A stretch of DNA of 64,000 bases, taken from assembly GCA_003427395.1 (NCBI GenBank), contig BFEA01000017.1:1159704-1223703 (forward strand), read 5' to 3'. Positions 12,918 to 24,076 of this stretch are shown here, one piece after another; position 1 is the stretch's first letter, and each line of letters starts with the position of its first letter. A program made the translations under genes and the position numbers. This DNA comes from Chara braunii. Lineage: Eukaryota > Plantae > Charophyceae. Below the pieces are notes generated by a model. The model was not told where the DNA came from. It did not search any database and saw only the letters and a list, made by a program, of their open reading frames with translations.

Positions 12918-13859
12918 AACACACGATTCGTGAAAACCTAACAAAACAAATTGTTCGGTTTGCACGAGATGTATTCAAGATTATGATAGTACGTTTTTCA
13001 GGTCTCCTCCAAGAACAAAATTCTACGTGAAGTAAAACAACCGCAAAAAAAAAAAAAAAAAATTACTTTTTGAGAACCATTGGAAGTGGCGAAGAGAAAA
13101 GAAGGTTTTTCCACATAAAATTGCTACCTGGTGAAGAAGCGTATGTTTAAGAACTAAAATATCTCATTTTTATGTTATCTCAAAAAATCATATTTAGAGT
13201 CCTATAAGATGTATAACACGATTAACGTATTCGGGGTTTTTTCGAACGCTTAAACATGTTCTCAAACATAAACTCCCATACCTAAGCGAACATATTATTT
13301 TTTACTGTTTTTTTTTTTTTTTTTTTTTTTTTTATTTTAAACTCGGGTTTGGCTAAGAATTTAGAGATATCTCCCTCAAAAGTTGTTTGTATTTGTTTTT
13401 TCAAATAACATATATTTTTTGCTAAGGGTTTTACTGTTAACGTCAAAATTGATTTATAGTCCTATAAATTAGTTTTCGCATATCTTGGTTTTCACCTAAC
13501 TGCTGAAAATGACCTATACTTCTATAAATGAGTATTCACCAAAATCCGTTTTTTTTTTAACATCTTTCAAGTTTTCCTTGTAATCCTTAAAAATTGTCTT
13601 ATTTAAGCTTTGCTTTTTGCAAATCTACTGAGAATGACTTATAGCCATGTAGGAGGATTTTGCAAGAAAGGGTTTTCTTGCACATTTTGAGGAAGAGTTA
13701 ACTTTTCAGTGTTTTCACCTCGTTTTTTGCCTCTTTTATCGAAAAACAGTTAAAAACGCTCTCTTTTTTTGTAAAAAATAACAGTTTGACTTTTACTTTT
13801 TCATTCTATAAAAAATGTGAGGTTTTGTCATTTTGTTAGGTTTTCACGAATCCAGTGTT
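12918..13859. mobile_element. Non-autonomous TIR DNA transposon (942 bp, AT-rich) inserted in PLE unit 2
   Basis: TIRs AACAC(AC/TG)GATTCGTGAAAACCTAACAAAA; 4-bp TSD AAAG (12914-17 / 13860-63). The empty site is visible in unit 1 near 7100. Confidence 0.9.
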
Positions 13860-13989
13860 AAAGGCTCAGTGTTCCCTCTTCCCCTTTCTCCTATAGTAAC
13901 CCCGCCTATGTTTTCTTTGTGTGTTCAGAGCAGACACCCATCTAGCAATGCAAGACTACTCAACTTCCCTAAGCTCCCATGAACCCGCA

Positions 13990-14342
13990 GATAGCAAAGG
14001 TTACCATATGGCATGGAAGTTCTCTCATCCCTTCGCGGCTAACCATCTTTTTAACTTATGGTTGCGTCTTCTTGACGCTTGGTTCCCAGACCAACAGTGC
14101 TCATCCCATCTATCATCGACATCCCTTGTTGTAAACCCGATATATGTGACTTTGAGTCATGGCGACAACAGGATAAACACGCATCCGCCCTTTCCTTCAC
14201 ATATGTCATAACCTCCTTTGACAAAGTCGATCCACTTGTCCAAGAACTTTTCTCCCCATCTAATACCATCGGCCAGAACAAGTAAGCGAACTACAAGCCT
14301 GATGCTTTCCTCATTTCGCCGCTTCTCAAGTTCTCTAATCAT
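13990..14342 (-). pseudogene. GIY-YIG domain, PLE unit 2
   Basis: Paralogue of 7244-7564 (GCVFILLSP*LKVTYIG), with an in-frame stop. Confidence 0.8.
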
Positions 14343-14574
14343 TTTCCTTTTTATGGTTGTGCGTATCTGCTCGGCCTGCTGCCATAACCAGCAGGGGTTA
14401 AGATAGGATTATCAAGAGGGGTTTTCCTCTTGAGTTTCCTCCACCAATTCTTCGGCCCGGTCCCCCTAGTCCTCTTCTTCAACATCCCCGTATGCCACCC
14501 GAACACGAATTTCAACGAGGTCAGCAGCCACCTGCTTCTTATTGTGGTTCTTAACGTTATCTTTATCGCGCAAC

Positions 14575-16330
14575 TCAATTAACCCCTGTTTGTATCTTGA
14601 CATCAACTCCTTCTCCATATCTTGTCGTTATTGCCTTCTCCCACCAGGTCGGATTCGCCACTGCCACCTTTCTGCCCTCCCTGACCCGGTCAAAACCCAA
14701 ACCGGACAGAGTACCAATCCTAACAGCTGAGAGTGATCCTGTCACATGTCTCGCAGTGCCTGCAGCTGATGCAAAGACGTAAGCCAACCTTCCTATGGGA
14801 CCTCTAGACGCTGGGGTAGCTGCATCCGGTATGGACGATGGCCCCTCATTGTGAGTCGCTGGCCTAGGCGTTGGTGCCATGCTCCGTGTAACAGGTCGGT
14901 TCCCTGTTGGGGGAATCTGCTAACAGCATTGGCGGCTCTTCGTGCTGCGGGAGTTTGGTCATCAGAGGGGGGAGACGAAGGTGGGCTGGGAGGTCGTTGA
15001 GAGGGGATCTGAGCTTGAGGGGATAGAGGTCGTCAGGGGGAAGGGCGAATATCCCAAGGGGTTGGATTGTCCGTACGAAGGGGGGAAGGATGATTGATAA
15101 GCGTGGGGGAGGTTGAGCAGCATGTGGATTCACACGGTTAGAGGGGTCAGGATCAGTAGAGGAGGGGGGAGGTTGGGCTACTGTCGGGATCGTGCGATCT
15201 AAGGGGGCCGAGGTTGGTTGCTTGGCCCGAGCCGCTGGAGCTGCAGGTACGGTTCCCTAGAGAGAGCTGGTTCAACTCTTGGTGGCATCACGCATTGATT
15301 GGCATCCTGTCGTTCGATCGGTCGAAGCATGCGTTCGCTCGCTTCTCTCATGCGGGCGATCAAGTTTTCTGTTCTGTTTTGACAGATTGCGTTGCACTTT
15401 GTCCAGGTTGATCAACAATAATCCTCCATCTAGAGTCCCGATCTCTTTAACCCGTTGCCTAGGCGTCGGTTGTTGAATGTTTGATACCCCTCCCATCTCC
15501 TCCTGACATTTTTTCTTGTTGTCTTCGTTCCCACTGTTGCTAGCGTCTTTATTCCTGTCAATGGCTTCGACTTCCTTGTTCTTTCGAAAGTGCTCCATGA
15601 GTTTCTTGTTTTCTTCCTCGCATTTCGCATCCATCTCCTTCATCCTTTCATCGATCATTTTTGTCAATCTCGCCTCTTTCTCAGCCTCTTCCTTGGCCTC
15701 TTCTTTGGCCTTTTTTGTTTGAGCCTCCGTCTCTCTGCCCTTTCATGTTCTTCTCGCAGTCTTCTGTCATTCTCCAGTCTTCGCATCTCACGCATCTCTC
15801 GGCTTTCATAGGCGATTTCTTGCATCAACAACATCATTTCTGTATCTCCTCCTCTGGTTCTCAAATTCCAAGAGTTCCATCCGTTACTGCCTTGGTATGG
15901 CAGCGCATTCCTGGGATGGTAAGGAACTAGGGTGTTCGATACCGGAGGGTCGGGATCAGAGGACACAGGTGGGTGGGCATTAGAACCCTGGTTCAGCAAT
16001 GAGGGTGGGAAAGAAGGGGGGACGGAAGAGGATGAACGTGCAGTGTTGGAGTGAACCGTAGGAGATGGAAGGGGCGGGGGAGGAACGGATGGGGCATACT
16101 GAGGAGCGGGAGTGGGACTAAAAGAGGCTGTCCTATGTTAGAATGACCGCCATAGGTCGGTCCAGAAATCGGACCCGATATCGGTCGGCCGCTAATGATA
16201 CTACCGTCCCTCATCGGAAGCAGACAGTTCCTGGCCCAATGGCTATGTTGTCCGCAGTTAAAACATGCCCCATATGGAACATAATGGTCCCCCATCTTCA
16301 GCAGCAACCGACTTCCTTCTACACCGCTGT
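14575..16330 (-). pseudogene. PLE upstream CCHC ORF, unit 2
   Basis: CFNCGQHSHWARNC zinc knuckle; paralogous to 7880-9600. Confidence 0.72.
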
Positions 16331-16729
16331 CGTGGCTTCAACGACCTAGTCTGCTTCAACCGCGTGAGGATCTCCCTGGATGGTACCTTCAATGCTGGCA
16401 CATCCAGCAATCCGTGAGCGTCATAGTGGTTAACTCGCTAATGTAGGTCAGACAAGGAGAACAAGTGTCAAGCACTACCACTCCCCATCATGACAGGGAT
16501 AAACCCCAAACAGACCAAAACATCCACCATCATATCATCACACATGGAAACAGCAGATCATCAACGACCGATCAAGAGGAGCGATTGCAAACCTTCTGAG
16601 ATGATGGGAGGAGTAGGAGAGAGAGAGAGAAGGGAGAGATGGAGAACTCAGGTAGAAGGAAGAAAAGCACACTAGATAGCACAACCATCAAGGCCTTCGT
16701 TGAAACAAAATGAAATGCAAAAAAGCCTC

Positions 16730-16793
16730 CTGGCGATCGTCCCGACCGGTTTCGGCCTCACCGCCAGAGTGAAGCCTGATCAGGGGACTGGCG
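16730..16793 (-). ncRNA. Hammerhead ribozyme copy 3 (CTGATCA core variant)
   Basis: GTCCC-CTGATCA-GGCTTCAC-TCTGGCG-GTGAGGCC-GAAA-CCG-GTC-GGGAC; perfect stem I, with a G8-to-C change in the core. Confidence 0.82.
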
Positions 16794-17639
16794 AGCGCAT
16801 GCTCGTAATGGCTTTACTTCCTACTTAAATACTACTAAGGTTCCCGAAGAAACATCCTGAGTATCCACCAAAAATCATAAGTCGTGGCTCCGCTACCTAA
16901 GAAAGCAGGAAAACAATGGCGGGAAAGAGGGAAGGCGGAAGGCAGGGGATCCTGCAGAGCAGCGAATACAGAGACCGTGCTAACAGGGCCTGGGAATTGG
17001 AAATGGTTTATAGGGACAAAAGCGAGCAGGTACAGGAAGGCCGAGCTATTCGGAAAACAGGAATCTGTGAAGGTGATCGAACACTCGTATCCCACTGGTA
17101 ACAGGCTAGAGATCTTGAAAGTAAGTCGTCATGCGACTGAGTGGATGGCTGCAGCATGTATCGGAAAAGACAGAGATATCCAAGGCGCGCAATCTCCCTA
17201 AACGCCAAGAAAGATGAAGGCGATATGTCACAGAGTTTTGTCGGACTTTACAGGAGATGTGGCGAAAAGAAAAGAAAGGAAAGAAGGGAAGAGAAAAGGA
17301 AAGAGACAACAGGCCGAGAAACGGGTGGGTGGAAGCGTAGTAGAAAACAGATCGCGGAGCCAGGAACTGAAAATGTGTGAACCAAAGAGGGGAAAAAAGA
17401 CAGGCACGAAAAAAGAAAGCGAAAGACAAAGAAGATAGAAGGGTAGATGGTTATCTGCTCCGAAGCTGCGAGAAAATTTGTTTCCCGCTCCTGCCTTCTA
17501 GGCCTATCTCAACAATGTCGGCCCACGCGTCCAAAGCTCCATTGTGCTTGCCTGAGACTTCCCACATGACCTTGAAAAAACAAAATCGGGGAAACCCCTT
17601 CAGGCGCATCTCTCATCTTAAAGAAACCAGTGCCAACCC

Positions 17640-18157
17640 CAGTCCTCCATAATATGAGGAGTGGGTGACGAGCCTGTGAAATTAGCTTTTCAACGCAGCT
17701 TTCTTGAATTGGGTAGGCCCGAACGACCAATAATCCTGTGTAGTCATAATCTTGATGGGCTCGTGCTGCCACAATGTAGGCATGTTTTTTGTATTCACAA
17801 GGCACTTGACTGCAGGAGGATGTATACGGCACACTATCGTGCAGCCTAAGAAACCCCACTTACCTTTACCATCATCCGTTCTGATCAGAGACAAGTTAGG
17901 GCCATAGGATCTAGTAAATCTGTGCAGCAAGCAGAAAGTTTTCCGTGTATAATCCTGGTTGTCTTTCAGTACCAAAATGAAGACACTAACATCATCGATC
18001 AGTCGGATGTCGGAAAAATACCTAGCATCCGTACCAACCGACTGCAAAAACATAAACTCATTGTCCGAGCAGAGCAAGTAAGCCAAAGCGGGACTGAAAC
18101 TCTTACCCATCCGTATGTCGGTTGTCTGTTTGATGGTCATACCGGCAACACTTGCAT
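17640..18157 (-). pseudogene. 5'-truncated PLE RT C-terminus, unit 3
   Basis: QTTDIRMGKSFSPALAYLLC...RLIDDV. At ~18157 it joins another copy of the element's 3' region (18157-18662). Confidence 0.8.
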
Positions 18158-18666
18158 GCGACCGAGTGGATGGCTGCAACATGTATCGGTAAAGACAGAG
18201 ATATCCAGGGCGCGCAATCTCCCTAAACACCAAGAAAGATGCAGACGATATGTCACAGAGTTCTGCCGGACTTTATAGGAGATGCGGCGAAAAGAAAAGA
18301 AAAGAAGAGAAAGAAGGGAAGAGAAAAGGAAACTTTAAGAAATTAAGAGACAACAGGCCGGGAAACGGGTGGGTGGAAGCATAGTAGAAAACAGATCGCG
18401 GAGCCGGGAACTGAAAACTTGTGAACCAAAGAGGGGAAAACAGACGAAGGCGAAAAAAGAAAGGGAAAGACAAAGAAAGATAGAAGGGTGGATGGTTATC
18501 TGCTCCTAAGCTGCGAGAAAATTCATTTCCCACTCCTGGCTTCTAGGCCTATCTCAACAATGTCGGCCCACTCGTCCAAAGCTCCATTGTGCTTGCCTGA
18601 GACTTCCCGCATGACCTAGAAAAAACAAAATTGGGGAGACCCCTTCAGGCGCATCTCTCGTCTATT

Positions 18667-18748
18667 GGTTATGCTCCCCACCAATAGATGGAGCCGCTCC
18701 ACAGGTGCTAGTGGTGTGTTCTCTTATCAGCACCAAAAAAAAAAAAAA
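18667..18748 (+). ncRNA. Structured LINE 3'-end motif, copy C (5' part missing), with poly(A)
   Basis: GCTCCCCACCAATAGATGGAGC...CTCTTATCAGCACC followed by an A-tract; abuts the end of the PLE array. Confidence 0.6.
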
Positions 18749-19519
18749 CACACACACAAAACCAGCCTGGCAACCAATACAATATGGAGACCTCTTTGCC
18801 AAAACCTTGCTGAGGCAAAAAGCGGTGGGAAGTAACACTTGGGAAGGTACTATGCTCGAAATGCGAACTCGGCGTACGAATGATGGAAGTTGTGCCACAC
18901 CTCTGTGCCTTTGGGAACGGGAGCAAAGCGGAACACATCTGCATATGTTATATGCAGTGTCCAGTCGGCCTTTGAGCCAACAACGTCCAGCTGAAGTTAC
19001 CAAAAGCCTCCAATCTTCTTTGTGTGGCAAATCAGGCAGGCATGCTTTTCCTCTTATTTGTTGGTTTTTACTTGTCTACAGGTGAGTTGTGTGCACTGCC
19101 ATTGGAACAGGACCTGAACCCCCACTACTGAGTCCAAATAAGAAGAGAAAGAAAAGACGGAATTTCAAACAGAATGCATTTGGATCTCCAGATGCACAAG
19201 TGCATCCTGATCACCCTTTCTTTCCTTTTTTTATTTTTTTTATATTTTTAATGAAAAATCTATATTCTTCTCTCAATTTCACCTCACACTACCTACCTAC
19301 CACTTCTCCTAATTGTAGGCATACGGGGAACCCCGTAGCAGCAAGAACCGTGTTCACGAGAGAACATGTGGAGGCTGCTCCCGACCTGCAGGTGGGCAAT
19401 ACCAGCTAGGGGACAGCTGGTAGCATCAGGGACCATGCCAACAGGACCAATCCCTGTGCCTCTGCTCAGGTCCCCTACACCCACACACAGGTCTTTTTTT
19501 TTCCCCCCAAAAAAGACAT

Positions 19520-19573
19520 GGTCCAATCTATTCGTGGGGAGCGGCACGTGCTGGGAACCGGGCCCAGTGTCCC
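19520..19573 (-). ncRNA. Structured 3'-end motif, copy D (compensatory changes)
   Basis: CGTG/CACG replaces GGTG/CACC and CTGGG/CCCAG replaces CTGGA/TCCAG; T-tract upstream on the plus strand. Confidence 0.6.
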
Positions 19574-20008
19574 TTTCAAGAACATATTGAGAAAGTTGTG
19601 CAGAAGACTTTGAGGTACCGGGCGATTATCTGGCTTCAGCTAGGAATAATAGCTATGCGATCTATACAAGAACATTGAATTTCTCTGACCCCAAACCATT
19701 GATCCGAGGAGCATTCAGACCGAAAGCCACCTGCCTTAGAGCCTTTCAGGAGCCCAACCCTGCCTTCCTCACCACTATATGATATATCCCGATAACCAAT
19801 CTCTACCAGGCCTCACGCCCCCAACTGCTAGGTTACAGGGTGGCACGACCCACCCTGGAAGACCCCCACCTGCTAGGCTACAGGGCAAAACGACCCGCCC
19901 CGGCTACAGTCAGCATCGACTACGTACCAGAACACAGGTCAGTCCGGTTAGTACTTCTGTTTTAAATTTGTGGTAACTTCGCAGGAGGGAGTCACTTGAG
20001 GCCAGGGG

Positions 20009-20116
20009 GTGATAAGAGCAGCCTCATCAACTGGTCCTTCAGATGAAGGCTTCAAGGCTCTGTCTATTGGTGGGGAGCTGCACCTGCTGGAAACTGGGTC
20101 CAGCGTCCAGCGTCCC
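20009..20116 (-). ncRNA. Structured 3'-end motif, copy E
   Basis: GTGATAAGAGCAG...TCTATTGGTGGGGAGCTGCACCTGCTGGAAACTGGGTCCAGCGTCC. Confidence 0.6.
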
Positions 20117-20754
20117 AGATACTACAATACAAAGATGAGTTTGTTGTCCTGTAGGTCTTCGCGTTCCTTACTTTTCACGGGCAAGCAAAAACCAATTTGG
20201 TGACCGCACGTAATCGGGAGATTCCCAATGGTATGATCACGCCCATCCTTTTCTTTGAATTGAAAAGAAGGGGGTAACCCTTGAACCACCAATACCTTTC
20301 CCCACTTGAAAAACAAAAACAGATATGCGGCTTGTTTACGGCGGACAACTTTCGGGTTCAGGGTACCGGACCAGAAGTGAGGTCTGCACCAGCTCGTTTT
20401 TTTTTGGCGCGCAAGGCATTTTCAGGCTTGGCTTCAATGACTGGGCGAGGTTATGGTGGTTTAACGTGATTCAATTGGTATCTATCTGATACAATCTATT
20501 TGAACTCATCTTCTGTTCACCAACCTTTGGTACATGGGCATACCATTCAGTCACATGGACTGGGTGACGAGACTAGTTTTGGCCTTTGAAAAAAAGAGGA
20601 TGGGCTATTTCTGTCAATGTAACTTAAACCACCACTGCCTTTCCCAGCTAATTTTTCAGAGGCACGCCGGGTAACGTGCTGGCCTGAAACGGAAGGGCGG
20701 CCACCAATAGATCGAATCGGCGGCCAGTCTTGATTTTCGGGCCGGCGTGCATTA

Positions 20755-20912
20755 AACGTACTCATGGTTTAAATGACCCATTTATTGATTAGGGTCACCG
20801 TATGAGAAGGGCAGCCATTTATTGATAGGGCCACCCATATGCCCGCGAGCCGACATATGGGAAACGTACTCATGGTTTAATTACCCATTTATTGATAGGG
20901 TCACCGTATGAG
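20755..20912. repeat. Short direct repeats (AACGTACTCATGGTTTAA...CCCATTTATTGAT...GGGTCACCGTATGAG)
   Basis: A ~50-bp unit at ~20755 and ~20863, with a partial copy at ~20815. Confidence 0.7.
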
Positions 20913-21682
20913 CGTCTGTGGAGGTGGGATAGCAACTGGTTGCGACTGATTTGCTTTAAATTTGCTTGCGAATTCAAATGGCCTGCAGGGGCGAGGCCCC
21001 ACGCATGGAGATTCTCCATTCTCCATTTCTGGCCGTCGGTCTGTGTGAACCTTTCCCCTGTCGGTAGTTGCTCCTCCTTTGGAAAAGGGTTCAGAACTTC
21101 AGAAAGACAAGTAGTATTTCACCTTATCATCTCTTTGAACCGACCTTCCTCTTGCAGATACTCATCCAGCACCTCTATCAGATGGGAGCAGGAGGCTGAA
21201 GTGGGTGTTGTTGTCAACATTGCTTAGGGCACAGGTCAGGTCATGATGAGGCCACTGCTTAGACAACCGCTACTGTAACACTGCAAATTTAAAGGACCAC
21301 AGTTGAAAAAAACATGCCTCTTCTTCTTCTTTCCTTTCTAATACTGTCGGCTCTTTTTTTCGCTCTTCTCAAATTGATAACGTTGAGCATCGGAACTCAT
21401 CATTACATAAGCCTTGATTCAAGGATGTGTGCGATGCCACTGGCAGAGGAACACCAGCATCAATGTTAAACAAGTGGTCAAGAGGGGGCGACTCGGCGAG
21501 TGCAAGTATTAGAGAACTTTGAGAACTTTCCAGAACTTATCAAAGAATGGGCAATGAATGCGATCCCGAGAGATCAAGTTCCTTAAGTTGAAAAGCACCA
21601 GGTCCTTTGCTCAGTGAGCCACAGAGCATGTATTGCTTATGATGCAAGCTGCAAGTGCAAATCTCGGCAAGAAGATTTTAGA

Positions 21683-22010
21683 TTAAACAGCAATTTCGTC
21701 CAAAACGGACATATATATTGTTTTTTGAACGACATTGAAACGGTTACCTCAGAATTTGGCCCGATTTAGGTCTATATTTTTTTAGCTCCTGAGGGTACCC
21801 CAGGGATGCCCCCTAAGTCCCGCTACATCCAGGGGGTACGGCGTTCTGACTCCAGCTCAGTCCAGATACATGCAGGGGGTCCGCCGTTTTAAGGACGCCG
21901 GACCTTCAAGAGCTTAAAATTTCCACCTACATTGGGCCAATTTATGAGGTTTCAATTTCGTTCAAAAGTAAAATATGTCCGTTTCGAACTCTTGATAAAA
22001 TTGCTGTTAA
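21683..22010. mobile_element. MITE-like fold-back element with imperfect ~80-bp inverted arms
   Basis: ACAGCAATTT..AAACGGACATAT..TTTTGAACGA.ATTGAAAC..CCTCA.AA.TTGGCCC is mirrored at 21934-22007; TTAA lies at both outer edges. Confidence 0.65.
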
Positions 22011-23205
22011 TATTACCAGATTCCCACTGCCCGCACATGCATGTCTGTGTGTGTACCTGGTTTCACTGGGCATGGGAGCTTCAGATAATAACTCCTGAAG
22101 ACTACCTTCTTCCCCCGACCCTAAAAATGAATGTATACAGGCTATAATTCCAAACAGATACAACCAAAATGAGGGTGCGTTGTGTTCGGGGGAAGATGGT
22201 AGCCTGTAGACTGGCTTACGTCATGAGGTTTGTTGCCCACCCATATCACCTAGAGATAGGAGGACTCCGAGTCCGACCTGCTCTGCGAGGACAACATTGG
22301 TTGGGCGGGACTCTGGCATCCCCCAGTAATGGAAAAGCCTGTTGAGAACCTGACCATATGAAGTATGGTTTTAACTTTTAAGGAGGGAGCTGCTGCGGAT
22401 ATAACAATGTTGGTCTGATGACTGGGCAGTTTTGGCCCCCTCTGACTGGAAGCGGTTAAAGAGAGTGCCACGATGAAAGGTCTGGCCTCTTGGGCAGGCC
22501 GTGGGCTCAGGTCTTATCTACACGAAGGCTACCGGCTTTTCCCAAATAGAACACATGGTCATTATTGCTGTACCTAAGACCAAATGGTCCACCTAATACA
22601 GTTATTTAATGACCCTGAGTTCTATTAGGGGAAAGACGGTAGCGAGACAGAAAATACAGAATTCAGTTGTTGAATTTCGAAATTAAATATGAAAGTCACG
22701 AAACTGGTGACTGTGCTGGATTGATGACACTCGAATGCGGAGTGAAAATTTTAAACAAATTTGAAACAAAAATGGAGAAGCAGTGTATTAGGCGAATTAT
22801 AGAAAAGTGTATCAATCAATATAGGTATAGGGCCTCAGCTCACGGCTCACCGAATGTGAAATTTAAAAGACAAAAGGTATGGCAAGTCCACCTTTCCACT
22901 TTCTAGGGGAAGATACATGCTTCATTTTGCGCATTAAATTTTGATGATGCGTGGCTTGGCAAGGCCCATGAGGCAATCAGGGCAGCTGCTGCTTTTTCTT
23001 TTCCTCTTTCTTTTCAGAAACATCACTATGCAAGTCCATCCTGGTGGTGGTGAGAGAACCAGTGCACAAGGATTAAAGGGTTTTAGTTGAGGCTACTAAA
23101 GAAGAAAGGGCCTCAGAAAAAAAAAAAGAATGGGCTTTAGAAGAGAATCAAGTTCGGAATAAGTAAATATTATTTGAAATAATTTTACTTTTGGCCGGTC
23201 ACCAG

Positions 23206-23304
23206 TGGACCATTTCTCTATTTAGGCCTGTCATGCTGAGGGGGGGCCATGCTGATCTTCTCCGTATCGTTCCAATTTTAATGGATGACATTGTCCCGAA
23301 GCAT
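23206..23304 (-). pseudogene. U6: U6 snRNA retrocopy (processed pseudogene) with 13-bp TSD
   Basis: Minus strand: ...CATCCATTAAAATTGGAACGATACGGAGAAGATCAGCATGG(C-run)TCAGCATGACAGGCCTAAATAGAGAAATGGTCCA resembles plant U6. The ACAGAGA box is mutated. Flanked by GTCACCAGTGGAC at 23198-23210 and 23305-23317. Confidence 0.92.
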
Positions 23305-23773
23305 GTCACCAGTGGACATCTCAAGGTCGTCACACCTTTTTGTTTTTCATATAAAAGCTCCTTCACCCACCCCGCCACCTCATTTCAAATGGCAACTTGA
23401 ATCCCACTTGTTTTTGTTCGTCAACGTATCCAATTGCAATTACGGCCATATTCCCTCAAGAAAGTGTGTCAATTTGAGGATGATGATGCTTTTCAGCCAT
23501 TCGGCATTCATTCATTTGCCAATGGTTCATTTATGATACAGCAGCACAACTGAACTTTATCTTGTTTACTGTAACAGTTCTGCTGCTTAGCAGCTCATGT
23601 GGGTGAGCGTTCAATGGGAAGTAGGACCAGTTAATATACTAAAAGCTTGACTTAAAGGCACTGATCAGATCTCTACTTTGCGGAGCCAGACCACAGTAGC
23701 TAATGTGGCCTTGAAAAAAGTTCACTTCAACAAAGCCAATCTAAGGGATCCCTCTTTTCCTCCTTCCCCCCCG

Positions 23774-23777
<4 letters not shown>

Positions 23778-23853
<76 letters not shown>
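23778..23853. repeat. (CT)n microsatellite ending at a gap
   Basis: Direct read. Confidence 0.97.
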
Positions 23854-24038
23854 NNNNNNNNNNNNNNNNNNNNNNNNNNNNNNNNNNNNNNNNNNNNNNN
23901 NNNNNNNNNNNNNNNNNNNNNNNNNNNNNNNNNNNNNNNNNNNNNNNNNNNNNNNNNNNNNNNNNNNNNNNNNNNNNNNNNNNNNNNNNNNNNNNNNNNN
24001 NNNNTTAAACCACTAGTACCTCCGGGTCTGTTTTTGTC

Positions 24039-24076
24039 CTGTCTCTTATACACATCTAGATGTGTATAAGAGACAG
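24039..24076. other. Nextera mate-pair junction adapter, assembly artefact
   Basis: Exact 38-bp palindromic adapter. The 34 bp before it (24005-24038) equal the left end of the TTAA element at 37648. Confidence 0.98.

Larger units (their letters stand above)
3696..18662 (-). mobile_element. Tandem head-to-tail array of Penelope-like elements (N-terminal GIY-YIG, Chlamys/Naiad-type): ~2 full units plus truncated copies
   Basis: Repeating ~6 kb unit (3.7-9.7 kb, 9.7-16.4 kb, partial 16.4-18.66 kb). Minus-strand order: hammerhead, CCHC ORF, GIY-YIG, PLE-type RT (FDIKEM; IPMGKSFSPALA; RLIDD). Confidence 0.9.
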
